In this document: in pieces, positions 60,178 through 64,000 of the stretch | Position numbering within the stretch: position 1 is the first letter of the stretch | Layout of the letters: each line of letters starts with the position of its first letter | Assembly: GCA_947467435.1 (NCBI GenBank) | Contig: CANIIA010000004.1 | Coordinates: 1,384 to 65,383 of the forward strand | Source: Betaproteobacteria bacterium | Lineage (GTDB): Bacteria > Pseudomonadota > Gammaproteobacteria > Burkholderiales > SG8-39 | Length of the DNA: 64,000 nt | Direction of reading: 5' to 3' | Position numbers and translations under genes: made by a program | Notes under the pieces: generated by a model | Seen by the model: only the letters and a program-made list of their open reading frames with translations | Told to the model about the DNA's origin: nothing | Database searches by the model: none

Positions 60178-61377
60178 TTATCCTGCAAAAGCAACGCCCG
60201 CTGCGACAAGCGCATCGATGGCATCGTCGGTATAACCGGCTTCGCGAAGTATCTCGCGGGTGTGTTGACCTAAATTAGGTGCGGGTAAGCGTTGCTCGGG
60301 TGCGGTGCCTGACCAAGTCGACGGAATTTTTAAAGACGTGATCCGTCCTTCGGTGGGATGCTCGGTCTGCGCAAAAAAATTGATGGCATTTAAATGTGGA
60401 TCATTAAATACATCGGCCAGCGAATTCATGGGTGCTGCCGGAATATCGTGGAGCGCAAAACCGCTCAGCCATTCTTCTGTGCTACGCGTGGCCATTTGTG
60501 CACTCAGCCAGGCGTACACCGCGTCGATGTTTTCGATGCGCGCAGTTTGCGTTGAAAAGCGCGCATCGGTGTTGAACATTTCTGGCTGACCAATCAGCGT
60601 AAAAAACCCACGCCATTGTTTGTCGTTGTAGACCAACACACAGACCCAACCGTCACGCGTTTTGTAGGGTCGTCGTTCAGTGGATAAGACGCGTGCGTAC
60701 CCTTCGCCAGGTAGCGCCGGCACGAAGCTGCGTCCGGCCAAATGCTCACCGAGCAAAGTTTGCAACATGCTCTCAAACATAGGTACATCCACGCGTTGTC
60801 CGCGACCGGATTTTTCGCGCGCAAAGAGCGCCGCACTGACTGCATGAGCGACATGTAAGCCGACGGTACGATCCACGTACGTTGAAGGAACATAACGTGG
60901 CACCTCGGCACCGGATTGCTGCATCAACCACGGGACACCGGCGCGCGCTTGAATTAAATCATCGTATGCCGGCATCGCGGCATAGGGACCATCTTGGCTA
61001 AAACCAAACGCACCGACATAAATAATGCGCGGGTTCACTTCACACACGGCTTCGTACGATAACTGCAAGCGCGCCATCGCCTGCGGTCGAATGTTATAGA
61101 TCAGCACATCGGCATCGCGGGCCAATGCCAACACCGCTTCGCGACCGGATGCTTGTTTTAGATCGAGCACGATTGATCGCTTGTTGCGATTGGTGCTAAG
61201 AAACACATGGCCCATGCCGGGGTGACGCATTGGTCCTGCGTGACGCATGACATCACCATCACGCGTTTCGACTTTGACCACATCCGCACCGTAATCCGCC
61301 AAGAGCTGGGTGGCGTACGGACCCATCACCACTGAGGTGAGGTCTAAGACGCGCACACCGTGAAGTGGTCCACTCAT
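60178..61377 (-). CDS. Family III CoA-transferase (CaiB/BaiF family)
   Basis: GPLHGVRVLDLTSVVMGPYATQLLADYGADVVKVE is the canonical N-terminus. ATGA overlap with the ptsI stop. Confidence 0.9.
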   Translation of the reverse strand: MSGPLHGVRVLDLTSVVMGPYATQLLADYGADVVKVETRDGDVMRHAGPMRHPGMGHVFLSTNRNKRSIVLDLKQASGREAVLALARDADVLIYNIRPQAMARLQLSYEAVCEVNPRIIYVGAFGFSQDGPYAAMPAYDDLIQARAGVPWLMQQSGAEVPRYVPSTYVDRTVGLHVAHAVSAALFAREKSGRGQRVDVPMFESMLQTLLGEHLAGRSFVPALPGEGYARVLSTERRPYKTRDGWVCVLVYNDKQWRGFFTLIGQPEMFNTDARFSTQTARIENIDAVYAWLSAQMATRSTEEWLSGFALHDIPAAPMNSLADVFNDPHLNAINFFAQTEHPTEGRITSLKIPSTWSGTAPEQRLPAPNLGQHTREILREAGYTDDAIDALVAAGVAFAG

Positions 61378-63107
61378 GCGTTGAGCTTGCGCAGTAATTC
61401 GCGCGTGCGCTGAGAATCATTCGATCGCAATACGCGCGCTGCCAACAGCGTTGCTTCGGGCAGACTGGTTTTTAAAACGCGGTCTTTGATTTCGAGTAAT
61501 TGCGCTGGATGCATCGAGAAATTGGTGAGTCCCATGCCAAGAAGTAAGCGTGTCAGCAGCGGGTCTCCGGCCATCTCGCCGCACACAGCGACCGGCACGT
61601 CGGCACGTTTAGCACGCAGAATGACGTTAGCCACCAGCTGGAGCACCGCCGGATGCAGCGGATCGTATAAATGCGCCACCGCATCATCGGTACGATCGAT
61701 GGCTAAGGTGTACTGAATTAAATCATTGGTACCAATCGATAGAAAATCGAGTCTGCGCATAAACATAGGTAAGGCTAGCGCAGCGGCAGGAATTTCAATC
61801 ATGCCGCCGACAGGAACATCCGGTGCGTGCGGTACCTGGGCTTGTTGTAGCGTGGTGCGCGCTTGACGAATCAGCGCCAGCGTTTGATCAATTTCGTGGA
61901 TATGCGCAAGCATCGGCACCAAAATGCGTACGTTGCCATAATGCGATGCACGCAAAATTGCACGTAACTGCGCAAGAAACATTTTTGGTTCAGCTAAACA
62001 GTATCGAATGGCACGCAAGCCTAAGGCAGGATTCGGCATTGGTGCAGGTGCGTCGGCCGTTGATTGCAGTGCTTTATCAGCGCCTAAATCCAGCGTACGA
62101 ATCGTGACTGGCTTACCTTCCATTGCCAGCACCACTTCGCGATAGGCTTCGAATTGCTCGTCCTCGCTGGGCAATTGACGCCGATTCATAAATAAAAATT
62201 CGCTACGAAATAAGCCAATTCCTTGCGCGCCACTTTCAAGCACTTGAGCCATATCGCGCGGTAATTCAATATTGGCAAACAACTCGATGGGTGTGCCCTC
62301 AAGTGTTTTGGCTGGGGTACTACGCAAGCGTTTTAATTTGCGTCGCTCAAGATCAAACGCAGATTGTCGTAAGCGATACTCTGCGAGCACACTGGCATCA
62401 GGATCTACGATGAGCACGCCTTGTACGCCATCGACAATCAGTAGATCACCTTCACGAATCATTTGTCGGGCGTGATGCAAACCAACAATCGCTGGGATGC
62501 CTAAGCTACGCGCAAGAATGGCTGTGTGTGAAGTTACCCCCCCCAAATCGGTGACAAAGCCACCAAACGCATGCTCTTTAAACAACAGCATGTCTGCAGG
62601 TGATAAATCATGCGCAACGACAATTAATTCGCCTTCGGCAGACAAATCTTGCGGCGCGGTCCCGGGGTGTCCCAGCAAGGCTTTTAAGACGCGTTCAACC
62701 ACTTGTTGAATATCGGCTTTGCGCTCGCGTAAATACGGATCATCAATGGCTTCAAACTGCGCCACCAAACGTTCCATCTGGCTGACTAACGCCCACTCTG
62801 CATTACACAACGTCTCGGCAATGAGCTGGCGTGGTTCGACCGAAAGGGCCGAGTCGTTGAGGATCATGGTGTGCAGATCAACGAAGGCGGCAAATTCCGC
62901 TGGTGCATTGGTGGGAATTTGTTGCGCGACTTCGGTTAATTCGGCGCGCACTTTTTCAAACGCTTGATCTAAGCGCGCAACCTCCCCTGGCACATCATCA
63001 GCCGGAATGTTGTAGTGCGCTACTTCCAGGCGTGCACTGGACACCAAATGCGCGTGACCAATGGTGATGCCATTTGAAACGCTGTGACCATGCAGAACAA
63101 AATTCAT
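61374..63107 (-). CDS. ptsI: Phosphoenolpyruvate-protein phosphotransferase (PTS Enzyme I)
   Basis: 577 aa with no GAF domain. Phospho-His region GGVTSHTAILARSLGIPA and PEP-binding FLSIGTNDLIQY. ATGA overlap with the HPr stop. Confidence 0.95.
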   Translation of the reverse strand: MNFVLHGHSVSNGITIGHAHLVSSARLEVAHYNIPADDVPGEVARLDQAFEKVRAELTEVAQQIPTNAPAEFAAFVDLHTMILNDSALSVEPRQLIAETLCNAEWALVSQMERLVAQFEAIDDPYLRERKADIQQVVERVLKALLGHPGTAPQDLSAEGELIVVAHDLSPADMLLFKEHAFGGFVTDLGGVTSHTAILARSLGIPAIVGLHHARQMIREGDLLIVDGVQGVLIVDPDASVLAEYRLRQSAFDLERRKLKRLRSTPAKTLEGTPIELFANIELPRDMAQVLESGAQGIGLFRSEFLFMNRRQLPSEDEQFEAYREVVLAMEGKPVTIRTLDLGADKALQSTADAPAPMPNPALGLRAIRYCLAEPKMFLAQLRAILRASHYGNVRILVPMLAHIHEIDQTLALIRQARTTLQQAQVPHAPDVPVGGMIEIPAAALALPMFMRRLDFLSIGTNDLIQYTLAIDRTDDAVAHLYDPLHPAVLQLVANVILRAKRADVPVAVCGEMAGDPLLTRLLLGMGLTNFSMHPAQLLEIKDRVLKTSLPEATLLAARVLRSNDSQRTRELLRKLNA

Positions 63108-63373
63108 TCGCCTTCACCGAAACGATCTGCAACCAATGCCGCGATCGCATCTAACGCAGCTTGCGCATCCACGCCTTCGGTTTCGATGTGAATGCTCGAG
63201 CCTTTGCCGGCAGCCAACATCATCACACCCATGATACTTTTGGCATTCACGCGTCGACCATTACGCGATAGCCACACTTCGCAATTAAATTTTCCTGCAA
63301 GTTGCGTGAGCTTGGCCGAAGCACGTGCATGCAAGCCAAGCTTATTGATGATGGGCAGTTCAGCGGCGGGCAC
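63104..63373 (-). CDS. ptsH: Phosphocarrier protein HPr
   Basis: IINKLGLHARASAKL (His15 region) and NAKSIMGVMMLAAGKGS (Ser46 region). GTG 63373 gives the canonical 89 aa; the ORF-track alternative is GTG 63385. Confidence 0.9.
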   Translation of the reverse strand: MPAAELPIINKLGLHARASAKLTQLAGKFNCEVWLSRNGRRVNAKSIMGVMMLAAGKGSSIHIETEGVDAQAALDAIAALVADRFGEGE

Positions 63374-63767
63374 GGCAAGGATCACTATTCACATGCACCA
63401 CGCCTTCGGTGCCACCCAGAATCGCTTTTTCACGCACCGTGGCCAATGGTGCTGCACGATAAGCCAACGCACGTACCAGCATCGGCAAGGACACCCCCGA
63501 CACGCCCTCGACATTGCCTTCGGCCAATAGGCGCGTGGCAACATTGCACGGTGTCGCGCCATAGATGTCCGTCAAGATCAATACGCCATCTCCGCCATCG
63601 ACTTGATGCAACAACTTATTTGCATGCGTAAACACCGCTTCAGGGTCATCGTGCCCCGCTACTGAAAGATGCGCCACTTGTTGCAACGGTTGGCCTAACA
63701 CGTGACTAGCCGAGGCGAGCAAATCTTCGCCATAAGCACCATGCGTAATCAATAGTAAGCCGATCAT
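63360..63767 (-). CDS. PTS EIIA component, mannose/fructose family
   Basis: 135 aa with [16 protein letters not shown] (phospho-His in THG) and [17 protein letters not shown] overlap with the gshB stop. Confidence 0.85.
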   Translation of the reverse strand: MIGLLLITHGAYGEDLLASASHVLGQPLQQVAHLSVAGHDDPEAVFTHANKLLHQVDGGDGVLILTDIYGATPCNVATRLLAEGNVEGVSGVSLPMLVRALAYRAAPLATVREKAILGGTEGVVHVNSDPCRARR

Positions 63768-64000
63768 TGTTGTGACGCTCGTGCCTTCACTTGTTCTTCG
63801 AGCGCATCGATAAATAACGCAGCCACATCAAAGCCGGTTTGATCGGTGATTTCGCGAAAACAGGTTGGGCTGGTGACATTGACCTCGGTGAGACAGGCGC
63901 CAATCACATCTAAGCCAACCAACAATAAGCCACGCGCAGCAACAATTGGGGCAATGGTTTGCGCAATCAGACGATCACGATCGGATAACGCGCGCGCTTC
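63764..64000 (-). CDS. gshB: Glutathione synthetase, C-terminal fragment (5' end beyond the window edge)
   Basis: My own translation of the minus strand gives ...[64 protein letters not shown]..., which matches the ATP-grasp C-terminus of GshB. Stop TGA at 63766-63764. Confidence 0.85.
   Translation of the reverse strand, partial: EARALSDRDRLIAQTIAPIVAARGLLLVGLDVIGACLTEVNVTSPTCFREITDQTGFDVAALFIDALEEQVKARASQQ

Overview
The window reads as a conserved chromosomal core region of a moderately GC-rich Gram-negative bacterium. Gene content and order point to Betaproteobacteria, probably Burkholderiales-like; this taxon call is inference from synteny only. The supporting blocks are pilJ-chpA, pyrR-pyrB-pyrC', dacC-dat-ybeD-lipB-lipA, polA/DUF2782/thrB, phoBR, DUF971-ubiE-Tim44-ubiJ-ubiB, pilT opposite yggS-proC-yggT, mreBCD-mrdAB opposite gatCAB, metXW, and gshB-EIIA-ptsH-ptsI. 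About 65 protein-coding genes are packed tightly, many with ATGA/GTGA stop-start overlaps. I found no rRNA, tRNA, CRISPR array, transposase, integrase, phage, toxin-antitoxin or recognisable defence genes, and no obvious compositional island. I therefore do not see convincing evidence for a large novel multi-gene system. The most interesting signal is RNA-level: a promoter, a ~130-nt structured leader and an intrinsic terminator in front of metXW, with a perfect 12-nt antiterminator pairing and a SAM-II-like pseudoknot option. Weaker leads are: (1) a permease-less PTS (EIIA-Man/HPr/EI) translationally coupled to a family III CoA-transferase and a UxaA-type dehydratase; (2) a Tim44-like gene plus a strong internal terminator inside the ubi cluster; (3) a VanZ/ferredoxin/hydrolase/NodIJ-like/HemJ string downstream of ubiB; (4) a 1277-aa DUF3683-GlcD-GlcF fusion; (5) a 14-bp tandem repeat; (6) a small Lys-rich ORF. 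Many ORF-track starts are N-terminally over-extended, and I trimmed them where homolog-like N-termini, RBSs or stop/start overlaps supported it. All family calls come from motif recognition by eye, with no database search.
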